A stretch of 64,000 bases of DNA, taken from the NCBI GenBank assembly GCA_963711735.1, contig CAVQFA010000003.1, positions 210,971 through 274,970 of the forward strand. Reading direction: 5' to 3'. Below, in pieces: positions 26,632-37,591 of this stretch. The first letter of the stretch is position 1. Each line of letters opens with the position of its first letter. Origin of the DNA: Candidatus Gottesmanbacteria bacterium (GTDB taxonomy: Bacteria; Patescibacteriota; Microgenomatia; UBA10105; UBA927). The notes beneath the pieces were generated by a model. The model was not told the origin of the DNA, searched no databases, and saw only the letters and a program-made list of their open reading frames with translations. A program made the translations under genes and the position numbers.

Positions 26632-27891
26632 TTAGAGAGTCGGGATCGGAGTCTCAGACGGAGGTGGCAGTGGGGTATCTGTCACGGTAGTTACCGGTGT
26701 TGATGACGGTGTGGCTGAGGCAGAATCGGTTGCTTCGGGTGAGGGTGTGAGTAAGGCAATGCCTCCTTCTGTGGCTACAGGATGCTTGTTAAATGCACCA
26801 ACAGCTTTTCCGGGAATAATATGAATTTGTTTAGCGAGTAACCCTCCCTCAATCGGTTCCCCGACACATGCAACGCGCATACCTACAGAAAAAGCCGATC
26901 CCGGGAGTCCGTTTTTCGAAGTGATAACGGTATTTACATTGTAAAATACCGTATAAATTCTATCCCTTTGTATCAGGTGTGCAATAGTCAGGGTTCCCTC
27001 AGCAACACCCGTAATTACTCCGGACAGCGCATGTCGTTTGAGTGTTGCTGTGGATGTTGCCTCCCTGGCAGTAAATTTTTTCAAATTCCGGTAGACACCT
27101 GATGCGCTGCTGCTGGTGCTCTCCGATGCAAGCAATTCCTTCATTTTTAGAGTCCCTATTTTTTTCGGATTCTCTGATACCTTCTTTGTTTCAAGAAATT
27201 TTTTGACTACCGTATTTGTTTTAACGGCAGGAGTTACGGATATCTGTTTATTCTGTTTCACTGTTGGCGTCGACTTGGTTTTCGGCTCACCTATCCCGGG
27301 ATTGGATTTCAGAGCATTTGAAGTACCGGATTCTGTCTTTTTGGCTTGTCCTGGTGCGATATTTGATTTACCTAAAACATCAGATTCTCCGCTTATCGAA
27401 ATTCCGTTGCTTCCGTCGATACTGAAAGTCTCACTTTTTTCTTCTCCGGAGGAAGATATGGCAGTTATCCTGACCAGGCCACCATTATTTCCGACCAGCA
27501 CGGTACTCTCGAATTTTCCGTCCGGACCGCTGTCGGTGATTGATTCGTCGGAATCGGAATATACCATAACAGTAGTCTCGGGAAGTGTGCGGCCGCTTAC
27601 TAAGATTTCCCCGTTAATAGCCGCAACAGTAGCCCTGGGACTGTCTATGGTCAGGTAAAACGGCATGGGAGTTGTAGAACGCCTAAGAGCTTCCCGTAAA
27701 TTTTGTTCATTTCTCTCGCGCACAAGAAAAACCGTCATATAGGAGACAAGGACAACAAGAACAAGGAGGATGACGGTGAGGGGGAAATTCGTACCCGGGG
27801 TGCGGGATTTTTTTTCAGTTTTTACCACCGGTTCAACCGGTTCCGGTGGAGGCTGATTTGTGCTTACATCGGGAGTTGATTGCATATCCAT
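26632..27891 (-). CDS. Membrane-anchored surface protein (Ig-like plus DUF5666-like domain, Pro/Thr tail)
   Basis: Single TM; LTIDSP...VSGRT Ig-like segment; GVITGV..GTLTI...LAKQIHI. Confidence 0.7.
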   Translation of the reverse strand: MDMQSTPDVSTNQPPPEPVEPVVKTEKKSRTPGTNFPLTVILLVLVVLVSYMTVFLVRERNEQNLREALRRSTTPMPFYLTIDSPRATVAAINGEILVSGRTLPETTVMVYSDSDESITDSGPDGKFESTVLVGNNGGLVRITAISSSGEEKSETFSIDGSNGISISGESDVLGKSNIAPGQAKKTESGTSNALKSNPGIGEPKTKSTPTVKQNKQISVTPAVKTNTVVKKFLETKKVSENPKKIGTLKMKELLASESTSSSASGVYRNLKKFTAREATSTATLKRHALSGVITGVAEGTLTIAHLIQRDRIYTVFYNVNTVITSKNGLPGSAFSVGMRVACVGEPIEGGLLAKQIHIIPGKAVGAFNKHPVATEGGIALLTPSPEATDSASATPSSTPVTTVTDTPLPPPSETPIPTL

Positions 27892-28097
27892 ATGTCTGTC
27901 TTATGTATTCATTATACACAACACAAAAAATATTGCACCGTGAAACAAGGAATATACGGAGTATTTCATTACATATTTTATAAATCATGACGGTATATTT
28001 TCCGGAGAGTGCCATATGTTGTATGAAATGCTATTCTGATACAGGAAATCGGTCATGTCTTGAAACACACCGGAAATATTACGTAGGATAAGGGTAT

Positions 28098-28645
28098 ATG
28101 GAACAAAATACTATTTCGGATACGGTGCTTTAAAAAACAGAAAAATTGTTAAAGAAATTATCGGAAGGGATCCCGGTGCCGGACGCAGTGCGATTTTACG
28201 CGGATACCAGCTCGGGTATCAGAGCCTAAACCAAATACCGCCAAAAGTAGCAGAAGAATTACGAAAAATCTGGGGAGATACTTTCCGGGCATATACGCTC
28301 GTTAAAGGGAGCGGTGTCGTTTCCGGAACCGTATGGGAGCTCTCTGAAGCGGAGTTTGTTAAGATTCAGCAGTGGAATTTCGTCGGTGAGTGGAGAGAAA
28401 CTTCTTCAGCCACGGTGATTTTAGATAACAATACGGAACTTACCGTAGATTTGGATCTCATACCGAAAAGTCAGAGGATCGAAGGAATTATCATCGATGG
28501 CATAGAAGGTATTCCTAACCCGATTCTCGAAGGGAAAAAGAAATTTGACGAATATGAGAAGGAAGAACAGGATGAAGTAGAAAAAGCGAGAATATTACTG
28601 GAGAATTTATCAAAACCCCGTGACGACACCCAGCTTCATGTGTGA
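28098..28645 (+). CDS. Gamma-glutamylcyclotransferase (AIG2-like) fold protein; apparent 1-nt deletion near 28105
   Basis: Frame of ORF 28415 stays open upstream to YYFGYGALKN; ATG 28098 is one base out of frame across an A-run. Confidence 0.6.
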
Positions 28646-28729
28646 GAAGACATCCGGACTGGTAATAATTCCTTCATTTTTCAGAAAAATCGATGAATTT
28701 GGTATCATTGGATAGAAAATCATTCGTTT

Positions 28730-29717
28730 ATGGCTAAACTACCAAAAGATATCATTACACATCTGGAAAAGACGGAAGGAGCTTCGTAGGAAAGGTGATT
28801 TCGTGCAGGCAGATATTATACGAAAGAAAATTGAAACGAAAGGATACACGATTGCAGATACGGTTGATGTCCAATCTACACATATTTACAGAAATGAGTC
28901 AGAAAAACAGAATGAGCTTCAGGAGACACGTATTGCCATTTTTGGTTCCGGAGAATTATCCTCAGTCGGCCGCAGTATCCATGAGCACCTTATACATGCA
29001 TACCACGCGCCGGTACATATCACTCTGTTGCCTACACCCGCGGGATATGAAGATAATCCATTCAACTGGTACAGAAAACTTTCCAGATCACTGAAAACCG
29101 GTTTACATAATTATGCACCCGAGGTAACTATATGTAAGGCATTACGAAGTGACGGGGATGAGAGTACGAATTCTCATGAGATTCTCAAACCTCTTCTTGA
29201 CGCCGATTATATCCACACCGGTGCGGGAAGCCCGACGTACGCTGTCCGGCATCTGAAAAATTCTCTTGCCCTTACATATCTCAAACAAAGAATCGATGCG
29301 CATATTCCCACTTCGATCGCTTCAGCTGCGTCTATTGCATTCGGAAAAGTAGTACTTCCCGTGTATGAGCTGTATTTTGCAGGTGAAGATTTGCATTGGG
29401 ATGAAGGATTGGATTTCTTTTCAAGGTGGGGGTTAAATCTGTCATTTATCACTCATTTTAATAATACCGAAGGAGGCAGGGATGTTGATACCCGTTATGC
29501 GTATATGGGTAAACGGAGATTTACAAAACTTCTTGATATAATACCTCTCAGGACCAATTTAGTAGGAATAGATGAACATACTGCACTTATTATTAATCTT
29601 ACGACAATGAAGGGGTACGTTATGGGGAAAGGGAATATTACACTCATCACATCTGACGTTGACGGAAAAAAAATTTCCCCGGGATATACATTCGATTTAT
29701 CCATATTTTCCGAGTAA
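28730..29717 (+). CDS. Cyanophycinase-like S51 peptidase with N-terminal CysRS-tail-like domain; extra A near 28768
   Basis: RKELRRKGDFVQADIIRKKIETKGY.IAD, then IFGSGE, GAGSPTY, SAA, HFNNTEGG, GIDEHTA. Confidence 0.7.
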
Positions 29718-29775
29718 ATATTACCAAGGTAATGGAACGTGTAATATATCACGACACAATGCAGAATAAGAATAT

Positions 29776-30399
29776 ATGAAAAGACTATTTTTAACATCCA
29801 GCGTCAATCTTGTTGCAGAGGATATTATCAGACATATACCGAATGCAAAGGGGATGAAGTTGGCATTCATAAGCACCGCATCGGAAGGGGAAAAGGGAGA
29901 TAAGATATGGTTGAATGAAGACAGACAAGCCCTTGTTAATGCACGATTTGACGTATTTGACTACACAGTTACCGGTAAAAAGAGAGATAGAATTAAACAG
30001 GATTTATATAGCGCTGATGTGATATTTTTTTCCGGTGGAAATACATTTTATCTTCTGGAAAAAATTCAGCAAAGTGATTGCATGGAAGTAATCCGTACGT
30101 TTATTAATAAGGGAAAAATCTACATCGGTTCCAGCGCAGGATCCGTCATTGCCGGTCCTGATATTTATCCAGCCAAAAGACTGGATAATGCATCCAAAGC
30201 TCCGAATATCAAAGGATATGAAGGTTTCGGATTTGTAAATTTTGTTGTATTCCCGCATTGGGGAAGCAGGGAATTTAAAAATCTTTATCTTAAACAGCGT
30301 TTCTCTCACGCATATACTGAAAATCATGCGATTATTCTTCTAACAAATTATCAATACGTTTTGGCAGAAGATGATATGTACAAAATTATTACCGTTTAG
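29776..30399 (+). CDS. pepE: Peptidase E (S51)
   Basis: FISTAS, SGGNTFYLL, YIGSSAGS, PHW. Confidence 0.85.
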   Translation: MKRLFLTSSVNLVAEDIIRHIPNAKGMKLAFISTASEGEKGDKIWLNEDRQALVNARFDVFDYTVTGKKRDRIKQDLYSADVIFFSGGNTFYLLEKIQQSDCMEVIRTFINKGKIYIGSSAGSVIAGPDIYPAKRLDNASKAPNIKGYEGFGFVNFVVFPHWGSREFKNLYLKQRFSHAYTENHAIILLTNYQYVLAEDDMYKIITV

Positions 30400-31031
30400 C
30401 TTGCCATTATTTCTTCAAAAGAGTTTTTATCAGAGATATAACAATAATGCTTTTTAAATTGCAGGATTTTTTTCTTAACCAGTTTATTTACTTCCAGGGT
30501 TACCGTCTCCCGCGATAGACCGCAAAGGCATGCAATATCCCGATGCGTGAGAGGTAAATCGATTCGGACGGATTTGTCAGACTGAATTTTCCCGAACCGG
30601 CGGTATAAGACCTGAAGCGTTGTTACGACTTTTTCCTTCGCAGAACCGAAAAACAACGACTCGGAACTGCTGAGGAGCCCGTTTACTCCGCGGAAAATCC
30701 TATTGGTAACGCCGTAAAGCTCATCAGGGTGCGTTTTGAGATAGTTTAAAACCACATCCAAAGGCGCTTTTATAAGCCGCACATCAGTATATGCCTGGAA
30801 ATTATAGATATTTTCAATATTTCCGATTGCTGAAATCATCGGAAAAAATGCTTTTTCACTCAGGATGCTCAGAGTCAACTCCCGCCCGTCTTTGCTTGAC
30901 ATGTACATCCGGATGAAACCACTTTGTATATAAAATACTTCCCGTGGGGTATCAAACGCCGGGATTATAGTGCTATTTTTGGTATAGTTGAGAGATCTGT
31001 AACGGTTGAATATATCGGTAATGTCTTTCAT
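30396..31031 (-). CDS. Crp/Fnr family regulator
   Basis: cNMP-binding fold; LTHRDIA.LCGLSRETVT HTH. Confidence 0.9.
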   Translation of the reverse strand: MKDITDIFNRYRSLNYTKNSTIIPAFDTPREVFYIQSGFIRMYMSSKDGRELTLSILSEKAFFPMISAIGNIENIYNFQAYTDVRLIKAPLDVVLNYLKTHPDELYGVTNRIFRGVNGLLSSSESLFFGSAKEKVVTTLQVLYRRFGKIQSDKSVRIDLPLTHRDIACLCGLSRETVTLEVNKLVKKKILQFKKHYCYISDKNSFEEIMAS

Positions 31032-31042
31032 TTATATTTATA

Positions 31043-31081
31043 TATGATATCTTTCACAAAATATATGTAATATGTATTACA
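31043..31081. promoter_or_regulatory. Two Crp-type boxes
   Basis: TATGA-N6-TCACA (31043) and TGTAA-N6-TTACA (31066), next to the Crp gene start. Confidence 0.6.
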
Positions 31082-31230
31082 TTTTATTCAGATTGGGCAC
31101 GACATCTCATCTGTTGTACACATTACTGCAGATTACACCCTGTTTATTATATAAATACGTAATATGTATATACCTGTCATTCATCTCAGCACGGATTATA
31201 TCAAATACAGAAAGAGAAGGAGTTATATTG

Positions 31231-31356
31231 ATGAATATATCCGGATGGCGCTTGCGGAATCTGTTAATGAGTCTAAGAAGAAAACCGGATTCACTAAAAA
31301 ATAAACAAGTCTATGTACAATATTATTCGGGATTTTATTACCATTATTCTTTATAA
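31231..31356 (+). CDS. Possible 41-aa small protein
   Basis: SD AAGGAG before ATG; no recognisable family. Confidence 0.35.
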   Translation: MNISGWRLRNLLMSLRRKPDSLKNKQVYVQYYSGFYYHYSL

Positions 31357-31384
31357 TCCGGATCTCCGGAAGTAACACCCAAAA

Positions 31385-31882
31385 TCACGTATTCATCAGC
31401 CAAACCGAGAAGTTGAGGATTGATGCGAATGTTACCCAGAGAAGGTATGGAATAAGGGTATAAGACGCCCATTTGTCGATTTTACGAAACGCAATAATAA
31501 CTGAAGCAATCAAACCCCAGAGAATGCATATAACCACAAAAGCCAACCCAAGCTCTTTCATCCCGAAAAATACGATTGACCAGAGTGAGTTAAATACCAG
31601 TTGAATACAAAACAGATATACCGCATGTTTGACATTTCGTTTACTCATGCCGTGTCGGTATACCCGGTATAACGATATGCCCATGACGGTATAGAGGGTA
31701 AGCCAAACAGGTCCGAATATGAACGGGGGAGGATTGAACCACGGTTTGGCAAGTGATGCGTACCACGTAGGAATTTCTTTCATGGTAAATGCGGATCCGA
31801 TGACTCCTGCAAGCTGGCAGAGGAGTATGGATCCGATAACGGGAATAATTTCAACGGTTTGTTTGGAAGCGTTATTTTTCAT
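31385..31882 (-). CDS. tspO: TspO/MBR tryptophan-rich sensory protein
   Basis: WYASLAKPWFNPP..FGPVW; PYLLWVTFA.LN. Confidence 0.95.
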   Translation of the reverse strand: MKNNASKQTVEIIPVIGSILLCQLAGVIGSAFTMKEIPTWYASLAKPWFNPPPFIFGPVWLTLYTVMGISLYRVYRHGMSKRNVKHAVYLFCIQLVFNSLWSIVFFGMKELGLAFVVICILWGLIASVIIAFRKIDKWASYTLIPYLLWVTFASILNFSVWLMNT

Positions 31883-31944
31883 AAGATACGTTCGGTATCT
31901 CTTTTATACGAATTGTATTACGTTCAGTATAATATGAGACCGTA

Positions 31945-32787
31945 TTATAAATAAAGCAGGATAATACCCAAAAGTGCACAGAACATTCCAAGTATTTTTT
32001 GAGGTACGCGCTTTGTTTCGTGCAAGAATAGAATTCCGAATACAACCGGTGTCAGAAGAGAAAAACTCTTATAGATAGGAACGCTGACGGAGACATTCGT
32101 GTGTTTCAGTACCGCAAGGACGATGGCAAACGATACTGTTGCCATAAGGGAAACGAGTACTATTTTCACGCTGTGTTTCTTCAATAGATCCTGTGCATCA
32201 GGTATAAATCCCTTTCTGCTGACAAAAACGCTTCCGACTAAAAGGTCGTTGATAAACACATACGTATACGGGGAAAAATCCCGGAGGATGACTTTATCCA
32301 GAACACTTGCCATTGCACCGAAGAGTGTTGCCAGGAGTGCAAATATAACTCCGGATGACAGGATAAATGACATTTTTTCAAATACAACAATAAAACCGCC
32401 TACACAGATCAGTGCAAGGCCTGCATATGACAGGACCGTCAGATGTTCGCCAAGAAATGCAATACCTGCAATAGCTATAAAAACAATATTTAATCTGTCG
32501 ATTATGCTGACAAGAGACACATCAGTATTCTGTAAAGCTCTGAATGTAAAGGTAACGAAAAGTGCATACGAAATGACAGAGAATCCAATGAGGATCCAAT
32601 ATGCCGGAGAGGTAGAAATTTGGAAATTGATGAACAGAAGAGGAATGGCAAAAACGGCTCCGATAAGCTGGGTAACCGTCGTAAGAGTCGTTGACCTGTT
32701 GCCGTTGACGGCAAGTGTTTTATATACAACACGTATAATGCCGTTTAAAAATCCCGCTATAAAAAGAAGAATGAAAGTCAGAAGCAT
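31945..32787 (-). CDS. EamA/DMT transporter
   Basis: Ten TMs in two repeats ending FLGE / FLHE. Confidence 0.85.
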   Translation of the reverse strand: MLLTFILLFIAGFLNGIIRVVYKTLAVNGNRSTTLTTVTQLIGAVFAIPLLFINFQISTSPAYWILIGFSVISYALFVTFTFRALQNTDVSLVSIIDRLNIVFIAIAGIAFLGEHLTVLSYAGLALICVGGFIVVFEKMSFILSSGVIFALLATLFGAMASVLDKVILRDFSPYTYVFINDLLVGSVFVSRKGFIPDAQDLLKKHSVKIVLVSLMATVSFAIVLAVLKHTNVSVSVPIYKSFSLLTPVVFGILFLHETKRVPQKILGMFCALLGIILLYL

Positions 32788-32859
32788 ATACTGATTTTAT
32801 GGTATAGGTACGGAACACTCAATTGCCAACTTTCATATCTGTTGATATGATAGAGACCT

Positions 32860-33546
32860 ATGGAAATTTTTCAGACAATCTTCGATTACGTCATGCACCT
32901 TGATACAAACCTTGCCCAGCTTGTTATCCAATACGGAGTCCTCACGTACGGAATTCTATTCATGATCATATTTGCAGAGACCGGCTTTGTGGTGACCCCA
33001 TTTCTGCCGGGCGATTCACTTCTGTTTGCAGCCGGTGCAATTGCCGCTATCGGATCGCTAAACCTTTGGTTTATCCTTGCGCTTTTTGGAATCGCTGCAA
33101 TCGGAGGGGATACCGTCAACTACTGGATCGGGCATTTCTTCGGACGGAAGATCGTTGATAATCCGAAAATTCCGTTTATCAATCAGGAGCATATCGACAA
33201 AACAGAGGCATTTTATAAAAAGCACGGTGGGAAGACGATTATGATCGCCCGTTTTGTGCCTATTGTCCGGACATTTGCACCGTTTGTTGCAGGCGTGGGA
33301 ACTATGGATTACAAAAAATTCATTCTGTATAACGTTATTGGCGGACTTCTATGGACAACCATTTTTACTTCAGGGGGATATTTTTTTGGCAATATCCCTT
33401 TTGTAAAAGAAAATTTCCATTACGTTATATTTGCCATTATTTTTCTTTCTCTCATACCTGTGATATATGAATACATTCAGAATAAAAAACACACCAACGT
33501 CCCTCGTATACCGCAGAAAGAACTTAAAAATATCGTAAACGAGTAA
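32860..33546 (+). CDS. dedA: DedA family protein
   Basis: FAETG..PFLPGDSLLF; ARFVPIVRTFAPFVAG. Confidence 0.95.
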   Translation: MEIFQTIFDYVMHLDTNLAQLVIQYGVLTYGILFMIIFAETGFVVTPFLPGDSLLFAAGAIAAIGSLNLWFILALFGIAAIGGDTVNYWIGHFFGRKIVDNPKIPFINQEHIDKTEAFYKKHGGKTIMIARFVPIVRTFAPFVAGVGTMDYKKFILYNVIGGLLWTTIFTSGGYFFGNIPFVKENFHYVIFAIIFLSLIPVIYEYIQNKKHTNVPRIPQKELKNIVNE

Positions 33547-33616
33547 TTTTTTTCCCGTATAGAGACTATTCCGCTTACTCTTCCCGTGATTTAGTCTTTA
33601 TGATAGGATCGATACA

Positions 33617-34678
33617 ATGATCAAATCGCTGCAGTCGCTCCGGTTTGTCGCAGCATGCGCCATATTCCTGCATCACCTCGCATATCTCGAACAAGCCGAC
33701 CGCTTTGCGTTTCTCTATACGGATTATTTTTCGAAATGGTATTTCGGTGTCAGCTTCTTTTTTGTTTTATCCGGTTTTGTCCTGTCTATTTCCGATAGTT
33801 CGCAATGGACACATTCGAAATTTTTCCGATTTTTTCGAAACAGAATACTACGGTTCTACCCCATACACATAGCCACATTTGTTGCATCTTTACCGCTTGT
33901 GTATAGGTTCAGCACTCCGTCTGCAGCAATGTGGATAGCCAATCTCAGTCTTCTCCAGAGTTTTGTACCGAATATTCTTTTCTATTTCAGTTTCAATTCG
34001 GTATCCTGGTTTCTGTCGGACCTGCTGTTTTTTTCTTTCTGTTTTCCTGTTTTGATATACGTATATACCAAAATGCGAATACCGGAAATGCTGAAAGTAG
34101 CCATATACGGTGGCGTGATAGGTACCTATATGTATATATACGGATTGCACTACGGTCAGACTCAGAATATTCACTGGTTTTTCTATATATCCCCGTTTTG
34201 GCGGATCATCGATTTTGTAAGCGGAATGGTTTTTGGATTTCTGTATCTGCAGACAAAAAAATATGCCGGAATACTGTCATACCGTTCAGGAACTCTGCTT
34301 GAAATATGCAGCGTTTTCCTGTTTATACTCGCTGTGGTGTATGCATACCGCATACCTCTTAGGTATCAATACGCGGTGTATTACGTTCCGGTACTAAGTG
34401 TTGTCGTATATGTTTTTGCACTATCCAAAGGTGCATTGTCTAAAATTATGGAACACACATTTCTCGTGAAGCTCGGAAACATTGGTTTTGGATTCATCAT
34501 GTCCCAATCACTGTTAATTTGGTACGGACGTACCGTAACTCAGGAACGTTTGTACATGCATCCGATAATTTCCACATTATTACTTTTCATTCTGTCTTTA
34601 GGTGCGGGGATGCTTCTTACCACCATTTCAACAAACATAAAAAATAAATCAGATATGATAGGGAAATATAACATATGA
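33617..34678 (+). CDS. Acyltransferase-3 (OafA-like O-acyltransferase)
   Basis: LQSLRFVA...H, GVSFFFVLSGF, RILRFYP. Confidence 0.9.
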   Translation: MIKSLQSLRFVAACAIFLHHLAYLEQADRFAFLYTDYFSKWYFGVSFFFVLSGFVLSISDSSQWTHSKFFRFFRNRILRFYPIHIATFVASLPLVYRFSTPSAAMWIANLSLLQSFVPNILFYFSFNSVSWFLSDLLFFSFCFPVLIYVYTKMRIPEMLKVAIYGGVIGTYMYIYGLHYGQTQNIHWFFYISPFWRIIDFVSGMVFGFLYLQTKKYAGILSYRSGTLLEICSVFLFILAVVYAYRIPLRYQYAVYYVPVLSVVVYVFALSKGALSKIMEHTFLVKLGNIGFGFIMSQSLLIWYGRTVTQERLYMHPIISTLLLFILSLGAGMLLTTISTNIKNKSDMIGKYNI

Positions 34679-36123
34679 AAACCGGAGTCAGATTTTTTCT
34701 GTTTGCGGGTATGCTTTTTATTCTTATCTTCCTTCATCTGACGGTAAAAAATATTCTTCCGAATGTGTATTTTCAGGAGATGGTAGTTTTCCCGTGGCTT
34801 GTCCATTCCGGATTACAACTCTACAAAGACGTTATTATAACGTATCCGCCCGGTTTACCAAACATTTTGCTTCCTTTATATCGTTTATCCGGATTTACGT
34901 TTGATTCTCTCTCTAACATACAGACCGGATTTCTCATCCTGACGGATATTTTGCTTTTTATCATATCATATAAGCTTTTCCGGTCGGTTATCCGAGCCGT
35001 GTGTGTAATCCTTTTTTATATCCTCTGGTATCCCATAACAGAGGGATACGTTTTCTGGTTTGAGACGGCATGCAACCCTTTTCTTCTTGTCAGTCTGTAT
35101 TTCTTTATCCGGTATATTGGCAATGACAGGAAATCAATTCTGATAAGCGGACTTGCAATGGCACTCGTTCTGGTCATAAAACAGACCTTTCTGTGGGTAT
35201 ATGTTCTGATGGTTTTATTCGTGATTGTCAGGGGAATATTGTTAAGAAGTAAATCGTTACTGAAAGATACAGTGTATATATTGATATTTCCGGTTATAAG
35301 CATGATTGCCGTGAGTGTACATATGGTACTGAACGGTTTGTTTCGGGAATATTGGTACTGGACAATCATATTTCCGCTTACAAATCTATCCCACAATGCT
35401 AAATTTATCCTTATACCAACTATGTATGAGATTCGTCAGTTTATTCCTGCGTATGCATTGATTGTAATATCTATAACGCTGATGATATGGGGGAGATATA
35501 AGGGAAGGAAAGCGGAAGTATGTGCATGGATTATGTTTGTTCTGGGATCTGCTTGTACCGTTTTACCCAGGTGGGGATATTTCCATCTCCAATCCTCAGT
35601 ACTCCTCCTGTCATTGGGTACCGGGTATATGTACCAAGAAATATCATCTGTCACCAGAAGCAGAATCCTCACAGGAATAATAATCTGTATGGTACTGTAT
35701 ACCGGTTTGCTCACCTATCAAAGTCAAAAACACTTCTATCTCGACCGGATGCCGAAAATTCTTTCATATAATAAAAGCGAAAGCGAGGCTGTCCGGGTGT
35801 TTCTTTCAAAACATATCGGGGAGAAAGATTTTTTCAGTTTTGAAAATATGTTTCTTGTCTATTTTATAATGAACCGGAAACCGTCAGTAATTCCATGGAT
35901 TCAATTTCTTCCGGCAATGGATGATGCAGATATTCAAAAAACTCTTACGGGTGTTTTGGAAAAAAAGAAACCCCCGTATGTTGTTTATCAGCCGACAATA
36001 AGAGGAAAGACGATCGGGTCGGATACTATTCCTGATATTATACAATCGTATATTGCGTCTCACTACCGGACGAGCGATATGACGCTTTCCAATCCTCCCA
36101 CGTACATTCTTATCAGAAAATAA
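34675..36123 (+). CDS. GT-C-like polytopic membrane glycosyltransferase (putative)
   Basis: LYKDV...YPPG, IKQ motif, many TMs, soluble C-terminus. Confidence 0.6.
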   Translation: MKTGVRFFLFAGMLFILIFLHLTVKNILPNVYFQEMVVFPWLVHSGLQLYKDVIITYPPGLPNILLPLYRLSGFTFDSLSNIQTGFLILTDILLFIISYKLFRSVIRAVCVILFYILWYPITEGYVFWFETACNPFLLVSLYFFIRYIGNDRKSILISGLAMALVLVIKQTFLWVYVLMVLFVIVRGILLRSKSLLKDTVYILIFPVISMIAVSVHMVLNGLFREYWYWTIIFPLTNLSHNAKFILIPTMYEIRQFIPAYALIVISITLMIWGRYKGRKAEVCAWIMFVLGSACTVLPRWGYFHLQSSVLLLSLGTGYMYQEISSVTRSRILTGIIICMVLYTGLLTYQSQKHFYLDRMPKILSYNKSESEAVRVFLSKHIGEKDFFSFENMFLVYFIMNRKPSVIPWIQFLPAMDDADIQKTLTGVLEKKKPPYVVYQPTIRGKTIGSDTIPDIIQSYIASHYRTSDMTLSNPPTYILIRK

Positions 36124-36195
36124 CACTGATTCTTATGAGCACAAATATTTCTGCAAATCCAAGGAAGATGGGTATATAATCAACTTTACGAATCT

Positions 36196-37572
36196 ATGAA
36201 GAACTTTTTTTCTTCGCCGCTTACGTACATTCCCGGATTACTTGCCGTTGCAGCAGTTCTGATTGCGTCCGTCATCGTGAACTACAATATGGGATTTTAT
36301 AGCGTATCCCATTCGGAGATGTACATACCGTTTTTTTTGGGGTCTGCGTCGTTTTTGTACAAAATTTCTTATTACCCGATCATAGACCTGTATTACCGGG
36401 CCAGGGATCTGGCAAATTTGGTTGATATTTTTGATACCTATTTTCTCGTCTGGAGTGCGCGATTTGGGATACCGCACTTTCTTTCCGGCTCTTATTACCT
36501 TCTTTTACTTCCGACCGTTGGCATTCCGATTCTGTTTTCAAAGAAAAATTTCGGAAACCGCGGGTTCTGGATTGCCGTACTTTTTACAATTGCATTTCTT
36601 ACAAGCCCCGCTGTGTTTCTCTCCGGTATGTACTTCCGTCCGTCGAAAATACTTGTTACCCTGGGAGCAAGTATCGGTATGATGCTTTTTTATCGTGCGG
36701 GAAGGGCACAGAGTTCTGGAACACGACTTTCCGCGCTTCTCGGAATTACCGCATTTTTCCTTGTTTTCGGGATGGGTATCAGTGATGAAATAGGGCTTGC
36801 GTTCGGCGCAATTGGAACACTATATAGCATTACGTTGTATGTACTTAAACGGAACGCAAAAACAATGTTTGTTATGACAGGATGCATTGCCGGCGTTGCT
36901 TTTCTGTGGGCATACCGCAGTTATATCGGACCGTACATTGTACATGCGGTCACAGGTTTGTCTCCGGTCATATGGGGAATTGAAGATTTATCATTTGGCA
37001 ATCCGGATGGTATTATTCAGGGGGTACAGCTTCTTTTGCGCTGGATTCAGTTGTTTTTCGGAACTATTCCGACAGAGTTTATTATCATACCATTTGCTGT
37101 CTGTTGGTTTTTGTCAGCCCTGATGATATCGTCTTCACGGCGGCTGACTGTGCGTTCTGCACTCCTTTCCCTTTGTTATCTTACCGTGATAATCGGAATT
37201 TCCTTTGCTCTTGTTTATGTTATGCTTCTGCGTCACCCGGTGATTGCCTGGCGTGAATATACGCTTCTGTATTATCCTATACCGCTCTACGGTCTGTACT
37301 ATATCCTTTTGCTTTTCGTATCGCTGAGCGTATCCAAAAAATTTTCACAAACGCTGCCGATAATAATTGTTTTATGCTGCATATGGATAAGTGCAAACAT
37401 GTTTGCACTTCCGTCTCACTACCGGACACTCCTGGATCCGGAAACAAAAACGTCTGTGTATTACAGGTATACGGAAAAGATGATAGATGCACTGAAGCAT
37501 CCGAACATACCGATAGAATCATATAAACTCGAGCATATACAAGCAGTACAGGCAATACGTAATCGTCTCTGA
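36196..37572 (+). CDS. Polytopic membrane protein (possible GT-C)
   Basis: Long hydrophobic ORF in a glycan-modification cluster. Confidence 0.55.
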   Translation: MKNFFSSPLTYIPGLLAVAAVLIASVIVNYNMGFYSVSHSEMYIPFFLGSASFLYKISYYPIIDLYYRARDLANLVDIFDTYFLVWSARFGIPHFLSGSYYLLLLPTVGIPILFSKKNFGNRGFWIAVLFTIAFLTSPAVFLSGMYFRPSKILVTLGASIGMMLFYRAGRAQSSGTRLSALLGITAFFLVFGMGISDEIGLAFGAIGTLYSITLYVLKRNAKTMFVMTGCIAGVAFLWAYRSYIGPYIVHAVTGLSPVIWGIEDLSFGNPDGIIQGVQLLLRWIQLFFGTIPTEFIIIPFAVCWFLSALMISSSRRLTVRSALLSLCYLTVIIGISFALVYVMLLRHPVIAWREYTLLYYPIPLYGLYYILLLFVSLSVSKKFSQTLPIIIVLCCIWISANMFALPSHYRTLLDPETKTSVYYRYTEKMIDALKHPNIPIESYKLEHIQAVQAIRNRL

Positions 37573-37591
37573 TCGGTACATTTTTTACAGA

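Noticed and set aside
27116-27658. Long antisense ORFs (also 7585-8232, 32099-32794, 60626-61132 and similar)
   Set aside because: Shadow frames opposite well-supported genes, with no recognisable motifs.
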